A program made the position numbers and the translations under genes. The notes below the pieces were generated by a model. That model made no database searches, was not told the origin of the DNA, and saw nothing but the letters and a program-made list of their open reading frames with translations. A DNA stretch of 63,218 nt from Candidatus Woesearchaeota archaeon. Lineage in GTDB: Archaea > Nanobdellota > Nanobdellia > Pacearchaeales > GW2011-AR1. Shown one piece after another: positions 52,769 through 61,988 of this stretch (position 1 is the stretch's first letter; each line of letters opens with the position of its first letter). The stretch is from positions 1-63,218 of the forward strand of contig CAZRMJ010000004.1 of the NCBI GenBank assembly GCA_964601175.1, given 5' to 3'.

Positions 52769-52824
52769 AAATAGAAAGATTTATAAAGTATAAGTGAAAG
52801 TCTTATTTAAAAACCTTTCGCCCA

Positions 52825-53769
52825 ATGAATTTTGTCAAAAGATGCCCAGAGTGTAACAGTATAAATTTAACACATGATGATCAGAAAGGTGAAATAATTT
52901 GTGGTGATTGCGGACTTATTATAGAAGATAAAATGGTTGATACTGGCCAAGATGTCGGAGGCCAATTTGATAAATCTGAAAAAAAGGGTAGAGGGGGAGC
53001 TCCAATATCCAGACAAAAATTTGATCAAGGATTAACAACAAATATAGGAGAAATTTCAGATATTTACAAATTAGAAGCAGGTCAAACAAGAAAATTCTTA
53101 AGATTAAAAAAATGGCAGGAAAGAGTTTCAACTTCCATTGAAAGAAATCTCAGATTGGCAATGGCAGAGTTAAGAAGAGTATCTTCATTCTTAACCTTAC
53201 CTTCAGTAGTTAGAGATGAAGCTTCTAGAGTATATCAATTCGTTCTTCAAAGAGGTCTAGTAAGAGGAAGATCTATGGAATCAGTTATAGCAGCATGTAT
53301 ATATGCAGCATGTAGATCTTATAACATCCCAAGAACATTAGATGAAATAGCTAACGCATCTGATGTAGCAAGAAAGGAAATAGGAAGAACATACAGATTC
53401 GTAATAAGAAAATTAGGAATAAAAGTTAAACCTTCATCTCCAAAAGACTACATTTCAAGATTTTCATCAATTTTACATTTGAGCCCACATGCGCAAAATG
53501 AAGCAATCAAAATACTAAAGAAAGCTGATATCTCCGAACTAACATCTGGAAGAGGTCCAGCAGGAATAGCCGCCGCAGCATTATACGTCTCTGCATTAAT
53601 CAATGATGAAAAAAAGACACAGAGAGAAGTAGCAGATGTAGCAGGAATAACTGAAGTAACTATAAGAAACAGATACAAAGAATTAATCGACAGATTAGGA
53701 ATAGAAGACAAATTAAAACTAAAAGAAGTAGAAAATAAGACTGTAAAACCTCAAGTTAATGAAAAGTGA
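52825..53769 (+). CDS. tfb: Transcription initiation factor IIB (TFB)
   Basis: 314 aa; Zn ribbon CPECNS..CGDCG, B-reader, and two cyclin folds (RGRSMESVIAACIYAACR, GRGPAGIAAAALYVSA). Confidence 0.9.
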   Translation: MNFVKRCPECNSINLTHDDQKGEIICGDCGLIIEDKMVDTGQDVGGQFDKSEKKGRGGAPISRQKFDQGLTTNIGEISDIYKLEAGQTRKFLRLKKWQERVSTSIERNLRLAMAELRRVSSFLTLPSVVRDEASRVYQFVLQRGLVRGRSMESVIAACIYAACRSYNIPRTLDEIANASDVARKEIGRTYRFVIRKLGIKVKPSSPKDYISRFSSILHLSPHAQNEAIKILKKADISELTSGRGPAGIAAAALYVSALINDEKKTQREVADVAGITEVTIRNRYKELIDRLGIEDKLKLKEVENKTVKPQVNEK

Positions 53770-53772
53770 TTT

Positions 53773-56700
53773 CTAAAAATTTAATCCATTAACAACATCT
53801 GAAACAGATATCGTCTTTTCATCAAACATATCATAAGCTCCACTAAATAAATTTGAATCAACTAATTCTTTTTCAGAAACAAAAAGAATTCTGCCATTGT
53901 TTACAGATCCAACTCTTTGCTCACTTTGTCCAAAATCGATATAGACCCCATTTCCTAAAACAAAAACAAAGGTCTTTTTACCATCAAGATAAAAATAATT
54001 TCTAGAAGAGCTAGAGTAATTTTTAAAAGACAAACTTTTAGTCTGAGGAAGATTAGCATTATTTGATGCTGTAGAACTAGAATCGGCCACGTTAGCAACA
54101 GATTTAATCGAAACAGCGTTGTTAGAAACAGATTTGGCAAAAACATTAGAATAAAGTTTAGCCCTCAATAAAAGAACGCTAGCTTTGTCCGAATTCCAAA
54201 ATGCCTTATCCATTAAAGAATTTATTTTAATTAATAATCCATTAAAGCTAGAAGAATCTGCACTATCTATTGAGCCTTGAAGATCATTTATCTCTGAAGC
54301 AATACTAGTAGGACTAGAATATTTTTGAGAATTTAAGTTATCTTGTTGAACTTTAGTAATTTCACTTAAAGTCTCATTTTTTAATCCAGCATTAGAATCA
54401 CTTATAGCATTTTGAACACTATTCTTATCCAACCAACACTTCAATCTATCACTTCCACAAATTCCAACTTGAACGAATCTAGAAGGATCTGTGGCACTTC
54501 CAGGATTATCTGTAGAACATATTCTTACAATACCCCTATTATATATTGAAGGATTAAGAGCTTCTTCTCCAGCACTTTGTAAATTAGGATTAAGAAGCGA
54601 AGTTGGACTTAAGCTTCCAGATACACATTCAGTTTCTGTAGTTATATCAGTTCTAGCTAATTCATCTGAAACAATTTTATCACTGACATAATTAACTGCA
54701 AAGCTACTAGAGACTTCTTTAAATCCACATTCTTCTTTATCATTTATTCTAACGCACAATTGCTTATACCCTTTAGGAGCAGTAAAGTCTTTGCTTTCAG
54801 TAGCGTATTGCCCTTTAGAGATAAATCCAGTAGAAACTACAACTACTGGAGATGTAGCATATTGCGAATTAGAAGGAGGATCTTTCAAGTAAACGCTATA
54901 TGAAACACCCCTATCATTTCCTGCAAATATGTGATAAAACACCTTATACTGAGAAGTAGCAGGGAAAGTAGCATCTGTAAAGTCTATCGAACTATACCAA
55001 GCATGGAATTGAGGAGGCGAATCAGCTTGAACAAGAGTTTCAAAAGTATTAGGGACCTTAGCAGAAATAAATGCTCTACAAAGTTCAGTTCCTGCTTCTT
55101 CAGTACTTCTTATTTTAAATGCATCAAATGAATTAGATGCATAACTTTGTGTAAAGTATTCTGCAGAGTCCTGGGCGTTCTGCCAACTACTTTGAACCGT
55201 CAAATATTCTCCTCCACCTCTAACGCTCTTCTGTCCTCCAGTATAAGCAGTTTCAACAAGCTTAGGAACAAGAGTCTTAGCCAAAGGTGCTGCTTGTCTC
55301 CAGAAAAATTCACAAAGATAAACTGAACTAATTTGATCACAAATTCCAACATACTGACCGGTATCTATTGACTCTTGTAAGCACTGTTGATGAGATTTCA
55401 AAATAGAAAGATATCCATCAACTCCAGCTTTAATTCCGGTCAAACAAACAGGAACTACAATTCCATCATTTATGTTAGGCAAACAAAGTAATGCGCTTCC
55501 AACTATTCCAGATTGAACAACATCTGAAACATAATATTCTCCTCCAAAGTTACATCTAGATACAGGACATATTACAGGGTCACAAACGTTAAACAATATT
55601 TTACATTCTTCAGGACTCATATAATCTTGGCACTGGCTTCCAGGCAAAAGAGAAGCAGAATCTCCTACATTTAGAGTGTTAGAACCAATTCTAACATTCT
55701 TTTTACCATATTGTTGAGCAGCATCTTGCAAGGCCTTAACTGCATCATTAACAAGCTTCTTACTTTCAGATTCACTTAATCCAGGGAAATTAGAATAAGA
55801 CTGTCCAGTATAAGCATTAAATTGAACGCATTCATCATCTCCATAATTTGGAGCATTAAAGTCAACTCTTTTATTACCCATTATATTACAAACAAAGAAG
55901 TTTGAAGGTTTTCCATTATCTTCGTAAGATTTAGTGCCTCCAAAAATAGGCAAAGCCTGAGAAGTAGCAGCGTAAAATCCCCTATTCAAATCAAATGGAA
56001 CTATCGCAGGCATTCCCTTGTACGGCTCAGTTTCAAAGTACTTAACTACATTTTCTCCTGGAGAAAATTGATTGTTATACCTTCCGGAGCCAACTTCATT
56101 AAATACGCCAGGAAGGTTCTTTAAAGCATTATTAGAAGCAAGATTAACTTCTGAAGATATTACCTTATGATCATTACCAGTTAATGTATAAACCTTATCT
56201 GAAACGTATTGATCTCCTTGTTTCTTCAAGGTAACCAAATAATTATTTCCATCATCTGCCTTGATAATCTGAGCATAAGCTCCATTGTCAATACTAACTC
56301 CAGAAGATGTACTAAAGGAATTTTGATTTATCAAAGAACTAACTGTCGATCCATAATAATTTCCAGGTCTACTTGAAGATATAGAATAAACTTGAGCCCC
56401 GTTATAATTTTTCAAAGTATTTTGATAATTCAAGTTATCACCTATAGTTTTACCCAAAGAATCTAATTCGGAAGAAGATCTTAACTTGCCTTGAGTGCTA
56501 GTCTGAGGATCATTAACAACTTTGCAATTAAAGTAAACATCTCTCAATTCACTATATGAATAACTAGTAGCATTAAGTTCAGAAGGTAAAAGAGATCCGA
56601 CACTAGAATAACCTATTCCAGAGCTTTTAATTCCAAGATTAACATTACTACATTCACTTCTTATTTTATTGATTAATTCAGTTCTGGCAGTAACATCATC

Positions 56701-58983
56701 AAAAGAAGTTCCAGCAAAAACACCATCTCTACTTTGGAATGAATTTCTTTTTTCTATATCTTGAGTAATCCTATTAGTATCTTCTATAGCTTTTTGTCTA
56801 GCAGAGACATCACTTGCAATCTTTTGAGAGTTTGCATTATAACAAGCAGTTAATGAAGTGTAATTATGAGCATTCACAGCGTTTTGACAGAAGTTTGTCC
56901 ATCCATTTTCTCCAGACATAGCACCTCTTCTAGCAAGAGCCCCTCCACTCAATCCAGTAAAGAAATTCTTAACTGTAAGAACTCCAGCAGTAGCAAAACA
57001 AGCAGCATTAAGATTAGTAACTACTCCATTAAGAGTTTTAGAAATAGACTCAAATTTCTGAATAGTTTTATTCAAATTTTCTATTTTCTTATTAGCCTTA
57101 GCAGGAGTCAGTTCTATAGCTCTTTTTTCTATACCTATTCCAACAGTAAAGTTAGTAATTTCTCCAGATCTAGTTACTGGAGATATCCTTACCTTATAAT
57201 AACTCTGAGCATCAATTTTAGAAACTTTAATTATTTGACCACATGCTTTAACAGTATTCAATAGCCTAACATTTCCATTAAAGTCATTTTTCCTATCTTC
57301 TCCAGTGCATTTAGCAGATATTTCTACAGTTTGAGAATCTTTTATTGAAGTCAATGACAAAGTTCCAAAAGAGAAATCAAAATTACCTCCTTGTTCGACG
57401 GTCTTTTCTTCCCTTCCCCAAGAGATAGTTGCACTTGATTTTTTGGAAGCACCATTTACATCTAAAAGCCTTATCAAGTGATATCCATCATCCGATTGAA
57501 CGACAGTTCCAGAAATAGAAGAATCAACAGAATAAATATTGTTTAAAGCATTTGTGAAATCTACTGCACTACTTCCATCCGGATAAAGATCTAAATATTT
57601 TTCAATTAATCTTATAGCTTCAGTATTCTTTCCATACTTAAGATTAAGATTAATTGCATTACTTAGTGCAAAGTCCCCATAAGTTTTTCCAAGTTCTTTC
57701 TTTTCATCACCATAAGAGTCTGCTATAGCCTCATAATCTTGAGTCGCATTTCTCAAATAAGATTCATAATCTCCATAATTGGCATCTTGTAAAACATTAG
57801 ATGAAATAGGCCTAACAAAACCAGATAGAACTATTGAACCATCATTTAGTTTATAGAATACCCCAGATTCATTTCTAATAACTTCCAAAACGGAATATTC
57901 TTTACTTTTATCAACTGAAAGATCTTTATTGATCTTCCAAACTCTTTCTCCAGAACTTAAAGAAATATCTGAAGAATTCAAGAAGATTTTCTGATTACCG
58001 CAGCTTATATCAATACTACCACTAACAGAATCTCCATAAACTTTTCTAACGGTACATTTATTATTCAAAAATCTAGATCCACCATATAAGTCAAGAATAT
58101 CATCATCAACTCTCAACCTAGCAATAAGAGATGGAGAAATAAAGTCAGTATAACTAAATTGCAAAGCAGTCTGGCAATAACTTCCGGGCAAATAAACTGG
58201 AGTAGGTTGAACTTGGTTCTTTCTCAAAGTCAATTCAGAATATTTTCTATCCCCTGAATAAATTTCAAGACCTAAAGTGTTATTAGAGTCCACTTCTGAA
58301 ACTCTAACAGACATTTTTCCATTAAACAATGTTTGTTTGTTCTTAACGATGTTCCATTCAGCATCATTAGTTTCTTTTAACAACAACTCAGTAGCTCCTA
58401 TTCCTACAGAATTTCCAGAATAATAGTCCACGCTAGCACTTAAGGTGAAGTTGAAAAAATTAGGAATGGTTTTCTCATCAGGATTCCTCTTCAAAACAAC
58501 TACAACATAACCAATATTACTTTGTAGAGGGGTTCCCAACAAACTATTTGTAGTCCTTAATGCAGCGTTAGCTGGATGAAACCCAACTCCTGCAACATAA
58601 TCTGGATAACGTCCACTAAATCTAATATTTCTAATTTGTTTAATATCTATAATTGGGTTAATTTGTAATAAATCCAATTGACAAAATACAGGAACATTCT
58701 GCTCAGCAAGCAAATCGCTTCTAACAACTGAAGGCTGACAACCAACAGGAGAAACCTGTATCAATATATCTTGACTAGAAGTACAAGAGTCTCTGTTAGA
58801 TAAAATAGGCCAGTAAGTATTAGCATTAGATCCATAATAACTGGAAAAACTACTTCCGTAACTTGTAAAACTAGCAGTCCTAGTTAATCCATTACCCAGA
58901 AAATTAGGATCTGAAGTAACAACCTGAGCACTAACAAACCCAATAAACAAAACAAAAGCAAAAGCAAGAATTAATTTATTCAT
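53773..58983 (-). CDS. Giant secreted protein (1736 aa), Sec signal peptide, central Cys-rich module, no recognisable domain
   Basis: Uninterrupted 5.2-kb ORF with N-terminus MNKLILAFAFVLFIGFVSA|QVV. It is S/N/G/T-rich and has a Cys cluster around CQDYMSPEECKILFNVCDPVICPVSRC. The ATGA overlap links it to the upstream 609-aa gene. Confidence 0.7.
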   Translation of the reverse strand: MNKLILAFAFVLFIGFVSAQVVTSDPNFLGNGLTRTASFTSYGSSFSSYYGSNANTYWPILSNRDSCTSSQDILIQVSPVGCQPSVVRSDLLAEQNVPVFCQLDLLQINPIIDIKQIRNIRFSGRYPDYVAGVGFHPANAALRTTNSLLGTPLQSNIGYVVVVLKRNPDEKTIPNFFNFTLSASVDYYSGNSVGIGATELLLKETNDAEWNIVKNKQTLFNGKMSVRVSEVDSNNTLGLEIYSGDRKYSELTLRKNQVQPTPVYLPGSYCQTALQFSYTDFISPSLIARLRVDDDILDLYGGSRFLNNKCTVRKVYGDSVSGSIDISCGNQKIFLNSSDISLSSGERVWKINKDLSVDKSKEYSVLEVIRNESGVFYKLNDGSIVLSGFVRPISSNVLQDANYGDYESYLRNATQDYEAIADSYGDEKKELGKTYGDFALSNAINLNLKYGKNTEAIRLIEKYLDLYPDGSSAVDFTNALNNIYSVDSSISGTVVQSDDGYHLIRLLDVNGASKKSSATISWGREEKTVEQGGNFDFSFGTLSLTSIKDSQTVEISAKCTGEDRKNDFNGNVRLLNTVKACGQIIKVSKIDAQSYYKVRISPVTRSGEITNFTVGIGIEKRAIELTPAKANKKIENLNKTIQKFESISKTLNGVVTNLNAACFATAGVLTVKNFFTGLSGGALARRGAMSGENGWTNFCQNAVNAHNYTSLTACYNANSQKIASDVSARQKAIEDTNRITQDIEKRNSFQSRDGVFAGTSFDDVTARTELINKIRSECSNVNLGIKSSGIGYSSVGSLLPSELNATSYSYSELRDVYFNCKVVNDPQTSTQGKLRSSSELDSLGKTIGDNLNYQNTLKNYNGAQVYSISSSRPGNYYGSTVSSLINQNSFSTSSGVSIDNGAYAQIIKADDGNNYLVTLKKQGDQYVSDKVYTLTGNDHKVISSEVNLASNNALKNLPGVFNEVGSGRYNNQFSPGENVVKYFETEPYKGMPAIVPFDLNRGFYAATSQALPIFGGTKSYEDNGKPSNFFVCNIMGNKRVDFNAPNYGDDECVQFNAYTGQSYSNFPGLSESESKKLVNDAVKALQDAAQQYGKKNVRIGSNTLNVGDSASLLPGSQCQDYMSPEECKILFNVCDPVICPVSRCNFGGEYYVSDVVQSGIVGSALLCLPNINDGIVVPVCLTGIKAGVDGYLSILKSHQQCLQESIDTGQYVGICDQISSVYLCEFFWRQAAPLAKTLVPKLVETAYTGGQKSVRGGGEYLTVQSSWQNAQDSAEYFTQSYASNSFDAFKIRSTEEAGTELCRAFISAKVPNTFETLVQADSPPQFHAWYSSIDFTDATFPATSQYKVFYHIFAGNDRGVSYSVYLKDPPSNSQYATSPVVVVSTGFISKGQYATESKDFTAPKGYKQLCVRINDKEECGFKEVSSSFAVNYVSDKIVSDELARTDITTETECVSGSLSPTSLLNPNLQSAGEEALNPSIYNRGIVRICSTDNPGSATDPSRFVQVGICGSDRLKCWLDKNSVQNAISDSNAGLKNETLSEITKVQQDNLNSQKYSSPTSIASEINDLQGSIDSADSSSFNGLLIKINSLMDKAFWNSDKASVLLLRAKLYSNVFAKSVSNNAVSIKSVANVADSSSTASNNANLPQTKSLSFKNYSSSSRNYFYLDGKKTFVFVLGNGVYIDFGQSEQRVGSVNNGRILFVSEKELVDSNLFSGAYDMFDEKTISVSDVVNGLNF

Positions 58984-60809
58984 TGAAAGTCCACCTCCAA
59001 TCCAATACTATTGAAAACTTCATAATTGTATTGTAATTGCTCCAATGAACTAGGCTTAGGAAGTTCACTAGCATGAATTATCAAATTGCCATTAGAAAGT
59101 TCGCTATCAAGCAGATAATATTCAGTGAGTTTACCTCCTCCAATTAAAGCATAATCTATCTTTGTTGAAGGGATATCTACATTAACACACTTCTCAGTTT
59201 TAGCACCTAAGAAGCCAGCAATTCCACCTTTGCTAACTTGAACACATTCAGTTTTAGTAGTAGATGGTATAACAATACTAGAATTTCCATAAATGTAAAC
59301 CTCTATATCATAAAGACCCTCTTTGAGCTTCACACTAGAACTATCAGGGATAATTGCATTAGATGAATATCCGTCAGTGCCTATAAAGTGGACAATCGCA
59401 TTACTTTGAACCTTATTTCCAATCATTACTTGAACATTTAGATTATGTTCTTTCTGCAAAACAAGCTCTGCAGAGCTTTGAGAATTAGAAGAGAATAATA
59501 TTTTAGAGTCTGCATAACCATCTGCAGAAGCTATAAGATATCCATTAACACAAGCAGGAACTTTAGTATCAACTCTTCCTGAAGAAGAAGTTTGCCCGAT
59601 ATTACATAAACTATCAAAACAATTATAGCTCAAGTTAACAGATAAAGGATTAAGAGATGAATCATAAGCATTTACTGTAAGATCATTTTCAGCAAAAGAG
59701 CAAACATCAACTTCCTCATCAGCATTAGCATAAGTAAGATTCAAAGAATTTACAAGATTATTATCTATATTTACTATAACTGGAAATTGGAAATTATCAA
59801 TGCCATCTCCAACTTGTACTAAAACTGGAAATCTAAGGTCATAAACAAAATGATAAGGAACATAACAAAATCCCATAATCCCCATTCCTTCTTGAGTTCC
59901 TACAGGTTCAGCAACCATTAAAGCTTGAGAAGCTGGAGTAATCTCAATTTTACTTGGAAAAGATTCAGGCAAGTAAATAAAGTTAGCACCATTATTGACC
60001 CTAATATTTTGGTTGAAATATTTATCTCCAGACCCATCTACCTTTATATTACCTATATTTGCTTGAAGACCATCTTTTATTTCCTTAACTACATCTTGTG
60101 TCTTCCATATTTTTGGAGAACATTGTATTTCGACACCATCAACTGGAGCATAAGATTGTAAAACGTCTAAAGCATAATTTTCCAAAAACAAACTACTTCT
60201 TTCATTATTATATATGGAAACAGCTTCCCCGTATAATGATCCAAGCTTGCTATCTAATTTAACATCATGAGTTCTCTTAACTGCTGTATCGTCACCAAAA
60301 CCAGTAGAAAGGGAAGATTTAACTGAAACTGAAACTGAATTATCTGAGATCTTTACAGTAGCATCAGCCGAAGATTTGTCTATAGAAAATCCTTTAGCAT
60401 AAAAATCTGAAAAGTCACAATCTCCAATTCTTGAAGATACAAATGAACCAAGGTCTTTCTCCATATCAGAAATAGAAGGAACATCATTGATAACTAAATT
60501 ATTTCCCGAAATTCCATACCAATAAGGAACCCTAAGTCCTAGAAAATTAAGGTTAGAAGAAAAAGGATTAAAATCACTAGCAGAAGCGGTTTCCTCTACA
60601 TTCAATCTACCACCTTGAGCTTGAAGTAATTTAATTCCGTTAGATAATTCCTGAGAGATACACTCGGAGTATCTATCATAAACAGGTACAAGTGAAGCAG
60701 GGATATTGCTTCCAAAAATGCTACTCCTAAAAAAGAAAAATAAAGCTATGGCTGCAACAATTATTATTGCAAAAATCACGAAACCAGTTACCTGACCTCT
60801 TCTAATCAT
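58980..60809 (-). CDS. 609-aa extracellular protein with class III (type IV pilin-like) signal peptide
   Basis: N-terminus MIRRGQVTGFVIFAIIIVAAIALFFFF has the basic-Gly-Gln cleavage-type motif followed by a hydrophobic helix. The remainder is beta-rich with no known domain. Confidence 0.65.
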   Translation of the reverse strand: MIRRGQVTGFVIFAIIIVAAIALFFFFRSSIFGSNIPASLVPVYDRYSECISQELSNGIKLLQAQGGRLNVEETASASDFNPFSSNLNFLGLRVPYWYGISGNNLVINDVPSISDMEKDLGSFVSSRIGDCDFSDFYAKGFSIDKSSADATVKISDNSVSVSVKSSLSTGFGDDTAVKRTHDVKLDSKLGSLYGEAVSIYNNERSSLFLENYALDVLQSYAPVDGVEIQCSPKIWKTQDVVKEIKDGLQANIGNIKVDGSGDKYFNQNIRVNNGANFIYLPESFPSKIEITPASQALMVAEPVGTQEGMGIMGFCYVPYHFVYDLRFPVLVQVGDGIDNFQFPVIVNIDNNLVNSLNLTYANADEEVDVCSFAENDLTVNAYDSSLNPLSVNLSYNCFDSLCNIGQTSSSGRVDTKVPACVNGYLIASADGYADSKILFSSNSQSSAELVLQKEHNLNVQVMIGNKVQSNAIVHFIGTDGYSSNAIIPDSSSVKLKEGLYDIEVYIYGNSSIVIPSTTKTECVQVSKGGIAGFLGAKTEKCVNVDIPSTKIDYALIGGGKLTEYYLLDSELSNGNLIIHASELPKPSSLEQLQYNYEVFNSIGLEVDFQ

Positions 60810-60943
60810 TTTCTATCACCTTTGTCAACCTTATCCTTAACAAGCTCCATAAGTGCGGAGTTAATATCCTTATCTATACTATCTTTGAACTTCTCCCACA
60901 ATTTCTCGTCTTCAATAAGCAAAAGATATTTCTTCACAATCAA
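60806..60943 (-). CDS. Putative small ribbon-helix-helix-like protein (43-45 aa, TTG/GTG start)
   Basis: Manual translation: (LI)VKKYLLLIEDEKLWEKFKDSIDKDINSALMELVKDKVDKGDRK. Its stop overlaps the 609-aa ATG (ATGA), and GAGGT lies upstream. Confidence 0.35.
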   Translation of the reverse strand: MIVKKYLLLIEDEKLWEKFKDSIDKDINSALMELVKDKVDKGDRK

Positions 60944-60985
60944 AACCTCTAAAATAAAAAACAAAATTAGTATATAAATATTATT

Positions 60986-61021
60986 AGTAACTTAATCAGT
61001 AAGTTACTTACTTAGTAAGTA
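60986..61021. promoter_or_regulatory. Operator-like palindromes upstream of the RHH/609/1736 operon
   Basis: AGTAACTTA-ATCAG-TAAGTTACT (60986-61008) followed by TACTTA-G-TAAGTA (61009-61021). The half-site TAAGT(T/A)ACT recurs, and TATATAAATA (60971-60980) lies between these palindromes and the ORF. Confidence 0.3.
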
Positions 61022-61056
61022 TAATTAATCCTAAAAATAAAAAATCAAATAAAAAA

Positions 61057-61127
61057 TGGCCCCACCAAGAATCGAACTTGGGCCTCGTCCACGTCAAAGA
61101 CATGTTCTACCATTAGACTATGGGGCC
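61057..61127 (-). tRNA. tRNA-Val (anticodon GAC)
   Basis: 71-nt cloverleaf: GGCCCCA/TGGGGCC, anticodon arm TGTCT-TTGACGT-GGACG (two G.U pairs), T arm CCAAG-TTCGATT-CTTGG, discriminator A. The D stem has one mismatch. Confidence 0.75.
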
Positions 61128-61194
61128 TTTTCACACTCGGCAGTGAGAAGGTCCACAACGAAGTGAGGAACCTCGCAACAAGAGAGGGTGAAAA
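61128..61194 (-). other. 67-nt stem-closed structured element between the promoter and tRNA-Val +1
   Basis: Minus sense: TTTTCAC..GTGAAAA 7-bp closing stem abutting the tRNA, with internal hairpins CCTC-TCTTGTTGC-GAGG, GGTTC..GGACC and CACT-GCCG-AGTG. Confidence 0.4.
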
Positions 61195-61218
61195 TATATT
61201 AACAAATCCAAACGAGCG

Positions 61219-61227
61219 TATAAAAAG
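61219..61227 (-). promoter_or_regulatory. TATA box positioned for the start of the 67-nt element upstream of tRNA-Val
   Basis: Minus-sense CTTTTTATA; the TTTATA core starts 30 nt upstream of 61194. Confidence 0.45.
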
Positions 61228-61270
61228 TTATGTGAGCAAAACTTTTAAACAAAATAATCCTTAATAAAAC

Positions 61271-61540
61271 ATGTTTGGTAAAAAAAAGAGCAAACAACAA
61301 GAACATAAATTCTGTCCTTCATGTGGTACAACTTTAAAGGCAACAGACACTTATTGTATAAAATGCGGATATTCCTTTGCAGAAAGAGCTGAAAAAAAGA
61401 AAAAAGTAAAAAAAAGGAATCTTTTCATAATAATCTCGATAATTGTAATAGCCTACTTTGGATTAAGATACTCCAATAATCAAACAATAATCCCGACATC
61501 TTTCTCTGATGCCATACAAACAATCTTCCCTAAAAAGTAA
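61271..61540 (+). CDS. Zinc-ribbon protein with C-terminal TM helix
   Basis: 89 aa; CPSCG..13..CIKCG, a lysine patch, then LFIIISIIVIAYFGL. Confidence 0.55.
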   Translation: MFGKKKSKQQEHKFCPSCGTTLKATDTYCIKCGYSFAERAEKKKKVKKRNLFIIISIIVIAYFGLRYSNNQTIIPTSFSDAIQTIFPKK

Positions 61541-61657
61541 TTGGCGCAAACTAATAAGGTTTAAAAACCAACAATTCTGAGGTCTAGAAGCATTAACCCT
61601 CAAGCTACCTGGCCAGCAAGAGGTTAGCTAACAAAATCCTGCCAGATTAGAAGTAAA

Positions 61658-61987
61658 ATGAAATTACCAGAACAAACAAACAGATACTGCCCTTATTGTA
61701 AGAAGCAGACAAAGCAAAAGATTAGCGTAGCGAAGCAAAAATCACGTTCATCTGCACACCCATTATCAAGAGGTTCTACAATGAGAGTTCAAGCAAGAGG
61801 ATTTCGTGTAGGAACAGGAAACCAAGGAAGATACTCAAAACCTGCAATAAAATCATGGAAGAGAAAAACAAAACAAACAAAGAGATTACCTCTATTGTAC
61901 ACATGTACAGTTTGTAATAAATCAAAAGGAATTAAAAAGGCATTAAGAGTATCTCGTATTCAAATAGGAGAAAAAATAGCAAAGTAA
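61658..61987 (+). CDS. rpl44e: 50S ribosomal protein L44e (eL42)
   Basis: 109 aa; YCPYCKKQTKQK...TCTVCNK zinc ribbon and a basic core. Confidence 0.85.
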   Translation: MKLPEQTNRYCPYCKKQTKQKISVAKQKSRSSAHPLSRGSTMRVQARGFRVGTGNQGRYSKPAIKSWKRKTKQTKRLPLLYTCTVCNKSKGIKKALRVSRIQIGEKIAK

Positions 61988-61988
61988 A

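Noticed and set aside
61541-61657. G/C-richer hairpin region upstream of rpl44e (AGCTACC-TGGCCAGCAAGA-GGTTAGCT, with palindrome CTGGCCAG) as an ncRNA (SRP RNA fragment, C/D sRNA or r-protein leader)
   Set aside because: It is too short for SRP or RNase P RNA, and I found no C/D or H/ACA boxes and no K-turn consensus that I could verify by eye. It may be a 5' UTR structure, but the evidence is insufficient for a call.
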